Shown in pieces: positions 39,850 to 50,401 of a DNA stretch of 64,000 bases. The notes beneath the pieces were generated by a model that was not told the origin of the DNA, did not search any database, and saw only the letters and a list, made by a program, of their open reading frames with translations. The stretch covers positions 1,794 through 65,793 of the forward strand of contig JBGSYZ010000011.1 of the NCBI GenBank assembly GCA_041750655.1, read 5' to 3'. The translations under genes and the position numbers were made by a program. The DNA is from Minisyncoccia bacterium. GTDB taxonomy: Bacteria; Patescibacteriota; Minisyncoccia; Phycocordibacterales; UBA918. Position 1 is the stretch's first letter. The number at the start of each line of letters is the position of its first letter.

Positions 39850-41106
39850 ATGATTGACAGAATAATAGGCCTGTACCAGGATAAACTCCTGCAAAATTCC
39901 TTATATTTAATACTCAATTATGGAGCCATGGCTGGCTTTGGTTTTTTCTTTTGGCTAGCTTGTTCTCACTTGTTTACTCCTGAAGAAGTTGGGATTGCAA
40001 CTACTCTCATCTCGGCCATGACACTCATTACGTACATAAGTCTCTTGGGGTTTAATTATACCTTTATTTACACTTTACCCAACTCAGTAAACAGGGATCG
40101 AGAAATCAACAGCGGATTAACATTGTCTTTGTTTATGGCCATTTTTGTGGCTACGTTATACGTAGTATTTGTTCCATATCTTGCTCCAGACCTAAGACTA
40201 ATTAATGAGAATATTTTTTATGCAATTTTGTTTGTTTTGATGGTCACCACAGCATCACTTAATTTACTCATTGATAGCGTGTACGTTGCTTATAGAGCGG
40301 CCAAATATAACTTCTTTATTGACGGAATTATCATGAGTGCCGTCAAACTGGCCCTACCTTTTGCTCTTTTGGGTTTGGGGGCGTTTGGTATTTTTTCTTC
40401 TGCTGGTGGAGCGACTGTGGTAGCTTTTTTATTAAGTATTTACTTTTTAGCTCGAAACTTTAACTATTCCCCACGTTTTTACATACATTTCCCTACTATT
40501 AAAAAACTTTTCACGTATTCATTTTCAAACTATATTTCTCATATTCTTAACATAGCCCCCACTTTAGTGCTTCCTTTAATAGTGATTGATTACCAAGGAG
40601 CTGCTGCAGCCGGATACTTTTATGTGGCTTTCATGATTGCAACTCTACTTTATGCGGTTTCTTATTCAGTGTGCCAAGCTCTTTTTGCGGAAGGTTCTTA
40701 TGCCGAAGAAGAATTTTCGCTTTTAATAAAGAAAACCCTGGCAGTCTTTGCTGCCCTTCTCATTCCAGGAACGATTGTCTTATACTTCTTAGCAAATTTC
40801 GGGTTGAGCATTTTTGGGGCTACCTATGCCAATGAGGCCACCAATCTTTTACAAATATTTGGCCTAGCTTCGATTCCAGTTGCTTTATTTACTCTCACAA
40901 CTGTACTATTACGTATTAATGAGCAAATAAAAGGTTTGATTTTTATTAACATTGTTTATTTTATTTCAATTTCTGGACTAGCTTACCATTGGGGGGATTT
41001 AGACCTAGAGTGGATTGGCTACGCCTGGTTAATTGGTAATACTCTTTCTTTTCTTATCGGTGTTTTGTTTATTTATTTTAATACAAACAAAAAGATCTCC
41101 GCTTAG
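39850..41106 (+). CDS. Oligosaccharide flippase (Wzx-like, MOP family)
   Basis: About 12 TM segments; NSLYL..GFFFW..P.EVG pattern; lies in a glycosyltransferase cluster. Confidence 0.85.
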   Translation: MIDRIIGLYQDKLLQNSLYLILNYGAMAGFGFFFWLACSHLFTPEEVGIATTLISAMTLITYISLLGFNYTFIYTLPNSVNRDREINSGLTLSLFMAIFVATLYVVFVPYLAPDLRLINENIFYAILFVLMVTTASLNLLIDSVYVAYRAAKYNFFIDGIIMSAVKLALPFALLGLGAFGIFSSAGGATVVAFLLSIYFLARNFNYSPRFYIHFPTIKKLFTYSFSNYISHILNIAPTLVLPLIVIDYQGAAAAGYFYVAFMIATLLYAVSYSVCQALFAEGSYAEEEFSLLIKKTLAVFAALLIPGTIVLYFLANFGLSIFGATYANEATNLLQIFGLASIPVALFTLTTVLLRINEQIKGLIFINIVYFISISGLAYHWGDLDLEWIGYAWLIGNTLSFLIGVLFIYFNTNKKISA

Positions 41107-41112
41107 ACGAGT

Positions 41113-44100
41113 TTATCTGTATATTTTTGCGACACCGTTATCATAAAGAAGCTCCTTTTGATTATCAAAGAAATTAATTGGCAATTCAAAGGTCAGTGGA
41201 TTGGACTTGTACAAGACTGTCGACTGACCTTTAATTGAGTTTGTCTCATCCAAAAACACATAGGCGTCATTACGAATAAGCGGTGGGTAAAGAGTTTTAA
41301 TGACCTGATAGTCATTTAATTCAGGAATACTATCAACTAAGAACGAATCAGCTTGAATTATTGGGTGTTCACCTCGCTCAGCCTGTGGCAAAAGCTCTTC
41401 ACTAAGCCACTTATAGCCAGCTAATTCACCTTGGTGGGTATAATAGCGGTCATAGTAAAAACCAGCATTATTCAAATGAAGCTGTGCCCCGTAACCACCA
41501 AGAGCTTCGGTAGCTACTCCGCTGAGCACCACAAAGAACAACACCGCAATGAAAGTGGCGCATGGAATTTGATACCTCGACTTAACCACTAATCTTGAAG
41601 CTACTAGACTACCAATAACTATAAATACTGACAGGAAAATGAGGGCCTGCAAAAAAGCTCGTAGCAACCCATACTCAACTGATAATATAGGCAAAACAAC
41701 AATCGCAAAAACAAGGATAGCACTCCCGCCAGCCAGGGCCACATACTCAGTCTCAAACCTTTTTTGCAAAGGATTAAATCTAAAGAAATACGCCATTAAA
41801 CCAATTGCTAAAAGAAGTTGAAGTATTTTGGCGGAAGTCTGCTTAAAAAGAAAGTTTAAAGATTCAATATCTACTCCAAAATGTGTTAATGCTCTCCCTA
41901 ATGGACGTGGGGGAATAACATCACCTGGAAAAACTAGTTTAGTTTCATAAAGCGAGTAGACTGATTCATCGTAGTATATTCCTTGATCATTGGTATTTAT
42001 GGTAGGAATAACTACTTTTTCGTTATATTCTTTAAAAAGTTTTACATCATCTGGCTTATCCCATGAAAAAAAGCTATATAAAACATCTCCAGACTGTGTC
42101 ACTTCACCGGCGTTGTTTAAAATTACTTCAATAGTAGAGCTAATTACTCTATACAGGCTATTTGAGGAAGTATCAGTCAAAACACTACTCCACGCAAAAC
42201 TAACTACCGCCAAGATACCAACCATGGTTATTGTTATTCGGTGAGTACTTGGTAAAAGCTCTTTACTAAAAAGTACTTCGGCAATTTTTTCAATAAAAGT
42301 ACCCTCAAAAAACTTAGAGCGAAATAACATTAACGAGTAAGCCACAAAAACTACAAAACTAAGAATGGCAATAACAGTGTAGGTGGTCGAGTAATGAGAA
42401 AACACCATACCAATACCTAAGACTACAAATATTGATTGGCGTACTCGTAAAGAAATCTCGCTACTAAAAATAATATATGTCATTAAAACTAAAAATAGAA
42501 AAGCGATTTCTTGTCGGTTCAGAAATGGCATATCAGCAAAGAAGGTCGGGAATGCCAAAAAATATATAACTGACAGAAAAGCAATAGCAGTGCTGGCGTA
42601 CTTACGAACAATCAAGAAAATAAAAACTGGAACAAGCGCAAAAATTAGCTGAAACAAAATCTTATAAACATAAGGATCTTCAATAGCTAAAAGATTGTCA
42701 AATATAGTGGGGAGAATGGTAATACTTAAACACGCGTTGTAGGCATCCTGGTACACATCAAGTGACCACAATCCAGCATTCTTAGCTAGTTGAAACACTT
42801 TGAATTCTAGTTGAATATCATGCCCAGTTATCGACCAACCTCGCAAAGAAGTCATCAATAGAAGTGCTAGTGAAGTTAGATATATTCCGGCTCCTGTGAT
42901 GAAGTTCGATGCTTTAGTACCAAAGAACAAAAATACCAAAAAATATAGAGCTATTAATATCAACATCACAAAAGTAAGGACTCCTGATTCACCGTTGTTA
43001 AGTCTGATGGCACCCAAAATACTCATGACCACGAATATAATTGGAACTACCGCTGGCCATATCGGACTATTTTTATAGACTGCCTTAAGGCTCTTAAGTG
43101 GTGAAAACGAGAACGTAGCCATTTGTTTATAGGCTGCTATAAACAATACCAGTGTAAAGACTGAAAGAATCCAAAACATAACTTTTCCATCCAACGGTTT
43201 AGCCACCCCAAATAACGGAACAAAAACATTACTAATCAGTCCAACAAACATTAATTCCAACAAACTAAAGCCGGCTGACAAGCCGATAAGTGCCCACGCC
43301 TCAAGTTTTTCTATCTTTAAAATTAAAATGGTTAAGAAACCAGGGATAAGCAAAAGACAAGCGAAACCGACTATGTTTAACACGTTATAACTAGTAACTC
43401 CAAAATTAAACAAAAATCCAAAAACAACCCAACTTATTAGCAGAAAAGCTGCTAGTTTGTTTGAATCGGCCTTAGTCTGTATTTTATTTTTTGCTAAAAC
43501 CACATCATAAACATAAGTAGTTTTCTTGACTATTTCACTCCAGTTATATTTCTGGATATCAATTGATTGATTTTTGCTTATAGTCGCATATAAATTATTA
43601 TCAGATACCATTCTCATCACTTGATGTGCGAATGAAGAAACTGAAAGTTCTGAAAGTAAACCATTATATTCATGGACTAGCACATCTTTAGTTCCCAACA
43701 CATCAGAGGCCACAATCGGCAGACCTTTGGACATAGCTTCCAAAAAAGCCGTGCTGAACCCTTCCATAAATGAAGTATGGATGAAAATATCGGCCGATTC
43801 ATACTCAGCTTCTAACTCAGCTCCCAATTTAGGACCTACAAAAACAACCTCGTTTTCTAAACCGAGACTGAGTGCTAAATTCTCAAGACTTTCTCTTTGT
43901 GAACCTTCCCCAACAATCCTCAGCTGAAAATTAAGTTTCTTAACATTTTTTAGTTCAGCCATCACCTCTAACATGAAAGGATAATTTTTTTGATATTCAG
44001 GGCGACCAACTGCCAAGAATTTTATTGGCTCTGAGATATTGTTTACTCTTAAATTTTGAAGTGAAAAAGTGGTGGCGTTGGGTATAACTTCGATTTTATC

Positions 44101-45750
44101 CTTCTTTATACCGAACTCTTTCTTCATTATGTCGACATAGCCAGGAGTTAACACAATAACTTTTTCTGCACCACTGATGACTGACTTAAGTATAAATCGG
44201 TTATACATTGGTAATAATAATCGCCCTACCTTAGTCGACGGAGCAACAAGCATGCGTATATGAACTATATACTTAAGACCACGTAACCTAGCAATTATAA
44301 ATAAAATCTCTGGAAAATAAGCGTTGGCCACATGGAGATGAATCACACCATCCTTGGGACATGTAAATAAATAAGAAATCAAACCTAAGGCAATTGGGGT
44401 TCTAAATAGAGAAAACGACTTTAAATATGTAACTGCTACTCCAGCTTGTATTTCTTTGCTACACACTCCACCATTATCAGTGGTAACAACTCGAACATCG
44501 TAGCCTTCAGCGGCTGTTTTAGTGGCTAGTTCTTTCACTCTCTGTTCCATTCCTCCATGATGTGGTGGATAGTATGAAACTAAGTGAGTAATAATTTTTT
44601 TTGGTTTGAGTAGTTCATTAAAATTTTTGGAAAAAAGTTCCCCTCTCTTTTTCCATGTGTAACTTTTTTTAGCAGTGGTAAGACCAGCTTGGCTAAAATT
44701 ATCAGCCTTGTTTTTGTCTGTGAGTAACAATGATACCGTAGCAGTTAAGCCTTCAATACTACCAGGCTCCACTAAAAGTCCATTTGCGTTATTTTTAACT
44801 AACGTGGAAACACCCGGAATATTTAGAGCCACTACCGGCGTACCACAGGCCATGGCTTCAAGAAGAACTATACCGAAGGTTTCATTGCTTGAGGGTAAGG
44901 TAAATACCCAGGCTTCTTGATAGATAGCCGCCAAATCTGGACCTGAAAGACGTCCTAGAAACTGAACGTTTTCTCCCAAACCTAACTTTTCAACCTGTTC
45001 TTTATATTCAAGCACCATATTCCCCTCTCCAACTACGTTAAGTTTTATGTTAGGAATCGATGTTTTAATTCCAGCTACAGCTTGGAGGAGAAGTGACAAA
45101 CCTTTATATTGATCGGCTTTATTTAAAGAAGCTACAAAAGCAATAGTTGGTGTTTTGGCTCTTTTGCTTGGTTCAGGAAAAAATATTTCACCATCAACAC
45201 CAGGAGTCGTGATAATTGTTTTTTCTGGGTAATCCTTAATGAAAGATGAGGCAATAAAATCCGAAGTACAAGTTATGAGTTTTGCTCGTTTAAGTAAAAA
45301 TTGTAGAAAAAAGGATTCATATACTCCCACTATTGACCGAGTCATAAGGTTACCTTTTTTCATACTTACTCCGTGGTAAGAAACAACCAGTGGTATACCT
45401 TTTGACATACGCGCGACAATATCACTTAACCCAGGCACTGGTAGATGAACATTTACTATGTCAGGATTTTCATCCTTCAATATCTTCCGCACCTTAAAGA
45501 ACCACGAAAACGCCAATGGTGTATTTGAAACAACTAAGCTTGGTGCTAACCGATAAATAACTTTACCGTCATCTACTTCCTTTGAGTCACTACTTCCTTT
45601 AGTGCCGGTAGTTACAATCACAACCTCCCAATCAAAATGTCCTGATAATTGTTTTGATAACTCTTCCACATAACGTTCAACTCCACCAGTATGTGGAGCG
45701 TAATACGGAGTAGTGATGAGCACTTTTCTTTTTTGTTTTAAGTTACTCAT
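41113..45750 (-). CDS. Fusion protein: GT4 + GT4 + polytopic DUF2206-like membrane domain
   Basis: Two GT-B domains (YYAPHTGG..ETFGIVLLEAMACG; YYPPHHGG..EGFSTAFLEAMSKG), then many TMs with ITGHDIQLE, RQEIAFLF, SHYSTTY, and terminal LYDNG..KIY. Confidence 0.82.
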   Translation of the reverse strand: MSNLKQKRKVLITTPYYAPHTGGVERYVEELSKQLSGHFDWEVVIVTTGTKGSSDSKEVDDGKVIYRLAPSLVVSNTPLAFSWFFKVRKILKDENPDIVNVHLPVPGLSDIVARMSKGIPLVVSYHGVSMKKGNLMTRSIVGVYESFFLQFLLKRAKLITCTSDFIASSFIKDYPEKTIITTPGVDGEIFFPEPSKRAKTPTIAFVASLNKADQYKGLSLLLQAVAGIKTSIPNIKLNVVGEGNMVLEYKEQVEKLGLGENVQFLGRLSGPDLAAIYQEAWVFTLPSSNETFGIVLLEAMACGTPVVALNIPGVSTLVKNNANGLLVEPGSIEGLTATVSLLLTDKNKADNFSQAGLTTAKKSYTWKKRGELFSKNFNELLKPKKIITHLVSYYPPHHGGMEQRVKELATKTAAEGYDVRVVTTDNGGVCSKEIQAGVAVTYLKSFSLFRTPIALGLISYLFTCPKDGVIHLHVANAYFPEILFIIARLRGLKYIVHIRMLVAPSTKVGRLLLPMYNRFILKSVISGAEKVIVLTPGYVDIMKKEFGIKKDKIEVIPNATTFSLQNLRVNNISEPIKFLAVGRPEYQKNYPFMLEVMAELKNVKKLNFQLRIVGEGSQRESLENLALSLGLENEVVFVGPKLGAELEAEYESADIFIHTSFMEGFSTAFLEAMSKGLPIVASDVLGTKDVLVHEYNGLLSELSVSSFAHQVMRMVSDNNLYATISKNQSIDIQKYNWSEIVKKTTYVYDVVLAKNKIQTKADSNKLAAFLLISWVVFGFLFNFGVTSYNVLNIVGFACLLLIPGFLTILILKIEKLEAWALIGLSAGFSLLELMFVGLISNVFVPLFGVAKPLDGKVMFWILSVFTLVLFIAAYKQMATFSFSPLKSLKAVYKNSPIWPAVVPIIFVVMSILGAIRLNNGESGVLTFVMLILIALYFLVFLFFGTKASNFITGAGIYLTSLALLLMTSLRGWSITGHDIQLEFKVFQLAKNAGLWSLDVYQDAYNACLSITILPTIFDNLLAIEDPYVYKILFQLIFALVPVFIFLIVRKYASTAIAFLSVIYFLAFPTFFADMPFLNRQEIAFLFLVLMTYIIFSSEISLRVRQSIFVVLGIGMVFSHYSTTYTVIAILSFVVFVAYSLMLFRSKFFEGTFIEKIAEVLFSKELLPSTHRITITMVGILAVVSFAWSSVLTDTSSNSLYRVISSTIEVILNNAGEVTQSGDVLYSFFSWDKPDDVKLFKEYNEKVVIPTINTNDQGIYYDESVYSLYETKLVFPGDVIPPRPLGRALTHFGVDIESLNFLFKQTSAKILQLLLAIGLMAYFFRFNPLQKRFETEYVALAGGSAILVFAIVVLPILSVEYGLLRAFLQALIFLSVFIVIGSLVASRLVVKSRYQIPCATFIAVLFFVVLSGVATEALGGYGAQLHLNNAGFYYDRYYTHQGELAGYKWLSEELLPQAERGEHPIIQADSFLVDSIPELNDYQVIKTLYPPLIRNDAYVFLDETNSIKGQSTVLYKSNPLTFELPINFFDNQKELLYDNGVAKIYR

Positions 45751-46451
45751 ACTAGTTGTGAATTAACCACGTATTCAACACCAGGTCGATTGGCAATGTA
45801 TGCCAAGACTTTTTCTAATCTCTCCCAATCGTTATGTCCTTCGACCTCCCAGCTATGTCCCCACAAGTGAAAAACTCCACCGTTTTTTAGAACTTGATCA
45901 AACATAGCGATTGCTTGTCTGTCCCAGTGCAAAAAATAATTCAGGAACTTAAAGGGATTAAATTTTGCAAATTTCATCACCTGAAATATATCAGAGTAAT
46001 GATCATACGTATGAATACTAGTCTTCATTTCAAAGGGTTTTGAAACTGGTGAAAGTGAGAAGCGGCTGACGGTTCGAGCAACTTTAAAACCAAGTTCTTC
46101 AGCCAAGAGCGAGTGTTCTTTTTGGTAAGCACCGCAAGGATAACAAAAACTATATACCGGTTTACCGGTAATTTTTTCAAGATACTCTTTTGATTCTTTA
46201 ACTTCTCGGCGAGCCTCATCGAGTGAAACTTCTGGTAAACGCGGGTGGGTCATGGTATGAGCACCGATTTCAAACGATTCGCTGAGTTTTTTAATTTGCT
46301 CGTCGTTTAACATATTTTCATAAGAAATTTCTCTATCTCGTGGAGAAATATAAATAGTGGCTTTAATTCCGTATTTGTTCAACAAACCACCAAGCTTCAT
46401 ATCAAGCACGTGGCCATCATCCCAACTAGTTGTTACAAACACTTTTTTCAT
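45747..46451 (-). CDS. Polysaccharide deacetylase (CE4/NodB)
   Basis: TSWDDG, EIGAHTMTHP, FCYPCG, HLWGHSWE. Confidence 0.9.
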   Translation of the reverse strand: MKKVFVTTSWDDGHVLDMKLGGLLNKYGIKATIYISPRDREISYENMLNDEQIKKLSESFEIGAHTMTHPRLPEVSLDEARREVKESKEYLEKITGKPVYSFCYPCGAYQKEHSLLAEELGFKVARTVSRFSLSPVSKPFEMKTSIHTYDHYSDIFQVMKFAKFNPFKFLNYFLHWDRQAIAMFDQVLKNGGVFHLWGHSWEVEGHNDWERLEKVLAYIANRPGVEYVVNSQLV

Positions 46452-47578
46452 ACTATTTTCGTTTTTAACAAACCTTCGTAAATTTCTACAAGATTAGTCA
46501 CTACGTGTTCCCAATCAAAATGTGACGCTGCATAATTCTTTGAGTAATCAGACATGTGCTGTAATTTTTCATCGTTGTGTATTAAAGATGTAATTACCTC
46601 ACGCACAGAATCGGCTGTAGGATTATCAAGTAAGCATACGTTATTCGGATCCAGGTTATAACGCTTATAACCTTCGTCATTGGTAGTTACAATTGGTAAA
46701 CCAACAGACATAGCCTCTTGAACAGATAATGGAAAACCTTCATCTTCTGATGGTAAAACAAAAATATCGGCAGCCTGGTACGCTTGCGCAACCTCGTGTA
46801 CTGGCCGTTCTCCTAAGAAAATAACATTTCTATTAGTTTCTTCGGCAATAGTTCCTCCGCAAAAAACGATTTGGTAAAAGTCACTTTGGGCCTTTAAAAG
46901 TTTTTTATAACCTTTTTTTGGAACCAGTCTCCCTACAAACAAAACTATTTTACGAGTTTCATCTAGACCAAACTTTTTTCGTAAGGCAGCTTTTTCACTA
47001 GCTGAAACTGTACAAAATTGTTCTACATCAACTCCGTTTACAAGTTGTACTAGTTTTTTTGTAGACACTCCGCTATTTAGAATAAACTTTTCAACACGGT
47101 CATTAATCGTGATAATTTTTCCAGCGGTATTAAAAATAAACTTCCCAGATGTAAGATACACTAATTTTTGAACAACCATTACTAATGTACTAGGATGTTC
47201 TATCATCGCTACATGTTGCATAACCACTACTGGTTTTTTATGCCAACGAGCACATACAGCCGCTGCAAACGAACTCATATAAAAAACATCGTGGATATGG
47301 ACCACGTCAGCTGATTTTATGGCCCGATGTAGAGACACACATAAACTGGGAAAAAATATTGGAAACGGTATCCCCCATTTTTCAAAAAAATTAAATACTT
47401 TTACACGGACTACTTTTACCCCGTCTTCATTAGAAAGGCTATCAGACTTTCCAACCGCACTAGTAACAACAATTACATTGTGACCACGTTTAGCCAGTAG
47501 CGTTGCTTGGTAATATGCCACCCTTTCTAGACCACCAAGATGTGGTGGGTAGTAATGAGAAACAACAGTTATGTTCAT
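46448..47578 (-). CDS. Glycosyltransferase family 4
   Basis: YYPPHLGGLE, FVGRLVPKKG, EGFPLSVQEAMSVG. Confidence 0.92.
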   Translation of the reverse strand: MNITVVSHYYPPHLGGLERVAYYQATLLAKRGHNVIVVTSAVGKSDSLSNEDGVKVVRVKVFNFFEKWGIPFPIFFPSLCVSLHRAIKSADVVHIHDVFYMSSFAAAVCARWHKKPVVVMQHVAMIEHPSTLVMVVQKLVYLTSGKFIFNTAGKIITINDRVEKFILNSGVSTKKLVQLVNGVDVEQFCTVSASEKAALRKKFGLDETRKIVLFVGRLVPKKGYKKLLKAQSDFYQIVFCGGTIAEETNRNVIFLGERPVHEVAQAYQAADIFVLPSEDEGFPLSVQEAMSVGLPIVTTNDEGYKRYNLDPNNVCLLDNPTADSVREVITSLIHNDEKLQHMSDYSKNYAASHFDWEHVVTNLVEIYEGLLKTKIV

Positions 47579-48366
47579 ATCCCAACAGAATTTACACCAA
47601 TTTTTTGTTCGGCCACTACATTATCTATATAACGTTGTTTTTCAGTTGGATTCCAAAACAAATTCTTGATTAGAGTGATCATTATTTTGGCACCATCAAC
47701 AAACGGACGTAAGTTTGATTCTCCGGCTCGAGAGTGATAACTAATAGGCACAGAGTAAATGACTTCATCTAGTTTGGCCATTTTAGTCATCATTTCCATT
47801 TCAATTGCAAAACCCTCAGAAACAAGATGTGATCTGAGATTAACAATTGCTTTGCGATTCCAAGCGTAGTAGCCAGTCAATACATCAGTAATATTCACTC
47901 CAAACAGTACGCGCACCAAGAAAGTGTATAAATAATTAGCCATCAAATTAAATCTTTTCATTGAACCCTCACTCATTTTCCCGTACAGCCGTGAACCAAC
48001 AACAACTGTACAAAAATTTGATTGCAGTGGCTCAATCAACCTTAGAATCTCCTCCGGACGATACGTATCATCACCATCAAGCATTACCACAAAGTCAGTG
48101 TCATCAGAGATACTATAAAAACCCGTCTTGATAGCGTTGCCTTTACCTTTTTTAAGCTCAGACACAACCAATGCTCCGTGAGCAGCAGCCACTTTTGCCG
48201 TATCATCTTTAGAATTGTTATCAATAACAATAACTTCCAACTCAAGACCCCGTTTACGCAGTTCTTCTCTTGGGAAACCATCAATAACACTGCCAATACC
48301 GGCCTCTTCGTTGTAGCACGGTACTAACACCGTAACTTTTTTTAAAATTTTACTCATAATTTTCAA
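47575..48366 (-). CDS. Glycosyltransferase family 2 (DPM1-like polyprenol-phosphate glycosyltransferase)
   Basis: VPCYNEE, IDNNSKD, GKGNA, LDGDDTY, TDVLTGY, FAIEMEM. Confidence 0.9.
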   Translation of the reverse strand: MKIMSKILKKVTVLVPCYNEEAGIGSVIDGFPREELRKRGLELEVIVIDNNSKDDTAKVAAAHGALVVSELKKGKGNAIKTGFYSISDDTDFVVMLDGDDTYRPEEILRLIEPLQSNFCTVVVGSRLYGKMSEGSMKRFNLMANYLYTFLVRVLFGVNITDVLTGYYAWNRKAIVNLRSHLVSEGFAIEMEMMTKMAKLDEVIYSVPISYHSRAGESNLRPFVDGAKIMITLIKNLFWNPTEKQRYIDNVVAEQKIGVNSVGI

Positions 48367-48823
48367 TTACTTTAAAGTGAATAGACTGATCAAGTTCTGG
48401 TAAGTCAATTAGAAGCATGGAAGATGATGTAATGTTTGGAGATAACAAAAGACGGACATCAATAACTTTACGAGTACCCTTAACTACAAAAATGGTACCC
48501 TCAGCAATACTGACGTTTCCAAGCTCAGGTGTCTGTAAGTAGACGACATACTTGTAACTTTTATTTGCACTCTCATTATTGGCAATAACAAATGATATTG
48601 GCAATACTTCACCTACTTGAACTTCACGCAAAGAACTTGGCCGGTTATTCAAATATAATTCTGTAAAATATTCATCCTGCGGTAAAATTTTATATTTTTC
48701 TACAGCTGCTGATATTTTTCCTGTCGTTAGAAAAAAAACACTTAATACAATGACTGCAACAAAAAAGCCTGCGAGGATCGCTTTCTTTTTAACTGCAATA
48801 ATTTGTAAAAGATTCTTATTCAC
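48350..48823 (-). CDS. DUF1616-like membrane-anchored protein
   Basis: N-terminal TM then E.FTELYL and VIANNE..Y.Y patterns; first gene of the glycan operon. Confidence 0.55.
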   Translation of the reverse strand: MNKNLLQIIAVKKKAILAGFFVAVIVLSVFFLTTGKISAAVEKYKILPQDEYFTELYLNNRPSSLREVQVGEVLPISFVIANNESANKSYKYVVYLQTPELGNVSIAEGTIFVVKGTRKVIDVRLLLSPNITSSSMLLIDLPELDQSIHFKVIENYE

Positions 48824-49133
48824 AAAACAATTTATCGTTTATCAACATCAAGAAATACTGCGTTAGGTAACGCTTTTTTCAACATATTTTTAAACGAACA
48901 ACCTCCTTTAACTCACCTAGCATGTTGGTGAAAGTTATGTAAACATCCACAAAACTCTAAGTGCCGAAACTCTAGCACACTTTTATAAATTTGTCACTAC
49001 TTAGCCTCTTGATAGTATTTTGATTAGTACAATTAAAAAACTATATTTAGAGCCATATTATTAACATCTTTATAACCATTTTTGAATACCCATTTTTGAT
49101 TAAATAAGGAAATGAGCTCAAATATCTCATTTT

Positions 49134-50393
49134 CTAGAACAAATCCCAAATATCTGGATCTTCTTCCCCGTCAAACTTAAAGAATACTACCCCCTTGAGA
49201 TCTAGATCTTCGGTCAAATTAAGCTTATCTTCAGCCGCTTTGGCATCACCCCACGTCAGCATGCGGACCGGAATTTCTACCTTAGCTAGTGTTGCCACTA
49301 ACAGAGCTTTGGCCGCCGCTTCATAACCCTTTGGTGTGCCCTCAGGCGTTGGGAGGGCATTAAAGATTTTCCAGACTGAGTCTTCTGGGAAATAGGTGAT
49401 GATGGCTTCTCCGCCAGCAGTCCGACCAATTGGAACATTATAAATTTTAGATAACTCAACTGCTCGAGAATGATCTACTGAAGCTACGCGAGTGTAATCT
49501 TTGTACCATTCTGAAGCCACTGTTACATCGTAGGCTCGGCCATAGGTTGGAATACCTAACATTACCTTATCTTCATCAATGTCTTCTAGAGCAAAATCTA
49601 CAACGTGTTCAACCCAATCAATATCAGCGACCGGATTATACGGCAAACCCTTACGTAAATCATTGAAGTATAAATCAGCGCGTTGTTGGTCGTAGGCCAT
49701 GATTTCTACCCAATCACAATACTTATTCATCTCCTTGTAATCATTGGCGTACGTTATTTTGGCGGGGATTTGGTCTGGTCGCCAACGGTGATCTGGCTCC
49801 ATACGAGCCTCAATAGTGCAGCTAAGCGTATTGCGACCAAGCTTCTTTTTTAACTCCTTCAAGAAAAGTGAATAATCATCTTTTGTTTCCGACCATTTTT
49901 CTTCAAAGTCGATGTTAATACCATCAAAGTCATTATCATCCACCAAATTATCAATGTTATTGATGAGTTTTTTGCGTTGTTTTTTGTCTGACAAAACGGC
50001 ATGGATTCCCTCACCATTAAACCAGGCAATGGTAGGGATAATATCAACTCGTTCATCACGTGCCTTATCTAGTAAGTCTTCCCACACTCCATTTTCAATA
50101 TCCACTTTAGCTTTAATGGTGCCGCCGCCTTCAATTTCGTAAATAAATGGATACAATGTATCTATATTTTGTACTTTAGTAGTCACCTCTTTTACACCAC
50201 TATCTTCGGTCCACCACGGCACCCAACCAGCTATATCGGGACTAGCAGCTTTAACACCAACTGGAAATAGTATCCATAATAAAAAGCCGAGAATGAGAAG
50301 CATCACGGCTACATCAGCCAATTTTTTAACCCAACCTTTATTACCAGCGTTCATGCTGTCTATGACGGATGAAACGATAAATTCTTTCTGCAT
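49134..50393 (-). CDS. GH18 family glycoside hydrolase (chitinase-like)
   Basis: FDGINIDFE catalytic motif, IMAYD, LGIPTYG; N-terminal TM; start uncertain. Confidence 0.88.
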   Translation of the reverse strand: MQKEFIVSSVIDSMNAGNKGWVKKLADVAVMLLILGFLLWILFPVGVKAASPDIAGWVPWWTEDSGVKEVTTKVQNIDTLYPFIYEIEGGGTIKAKVDIENGVWEDLLDKARDERVDIIPTIAWFNGEGIHAVLSDKKQRKKLINNIDNLVDDNDFDGINIDFEEKWSETKDDYSLFLKELKKKLGRNTLSCTIEARMEPDHRWRPDQIPAKITYANDYKEMNKYCDWVEIMAYDQQRADLYFNDLRKGLPYNPVADIDWVEHVVDFALEDIDEDKVMLGIPTYGRAYDVTVASEWYKDYTRVASVDHSRAVELSKIYNVPIGRTAGGEAIITYFPEDSVWKIFNALPTPEGTPKGYEAAAKALLVATLAKVEIPVRMLTWGDAKAAEDKLNLTEDLDLKGVVFFKFDGEEDPDIWDLF

Positions 50394-50401
50394 AGAAAAA
50401 A

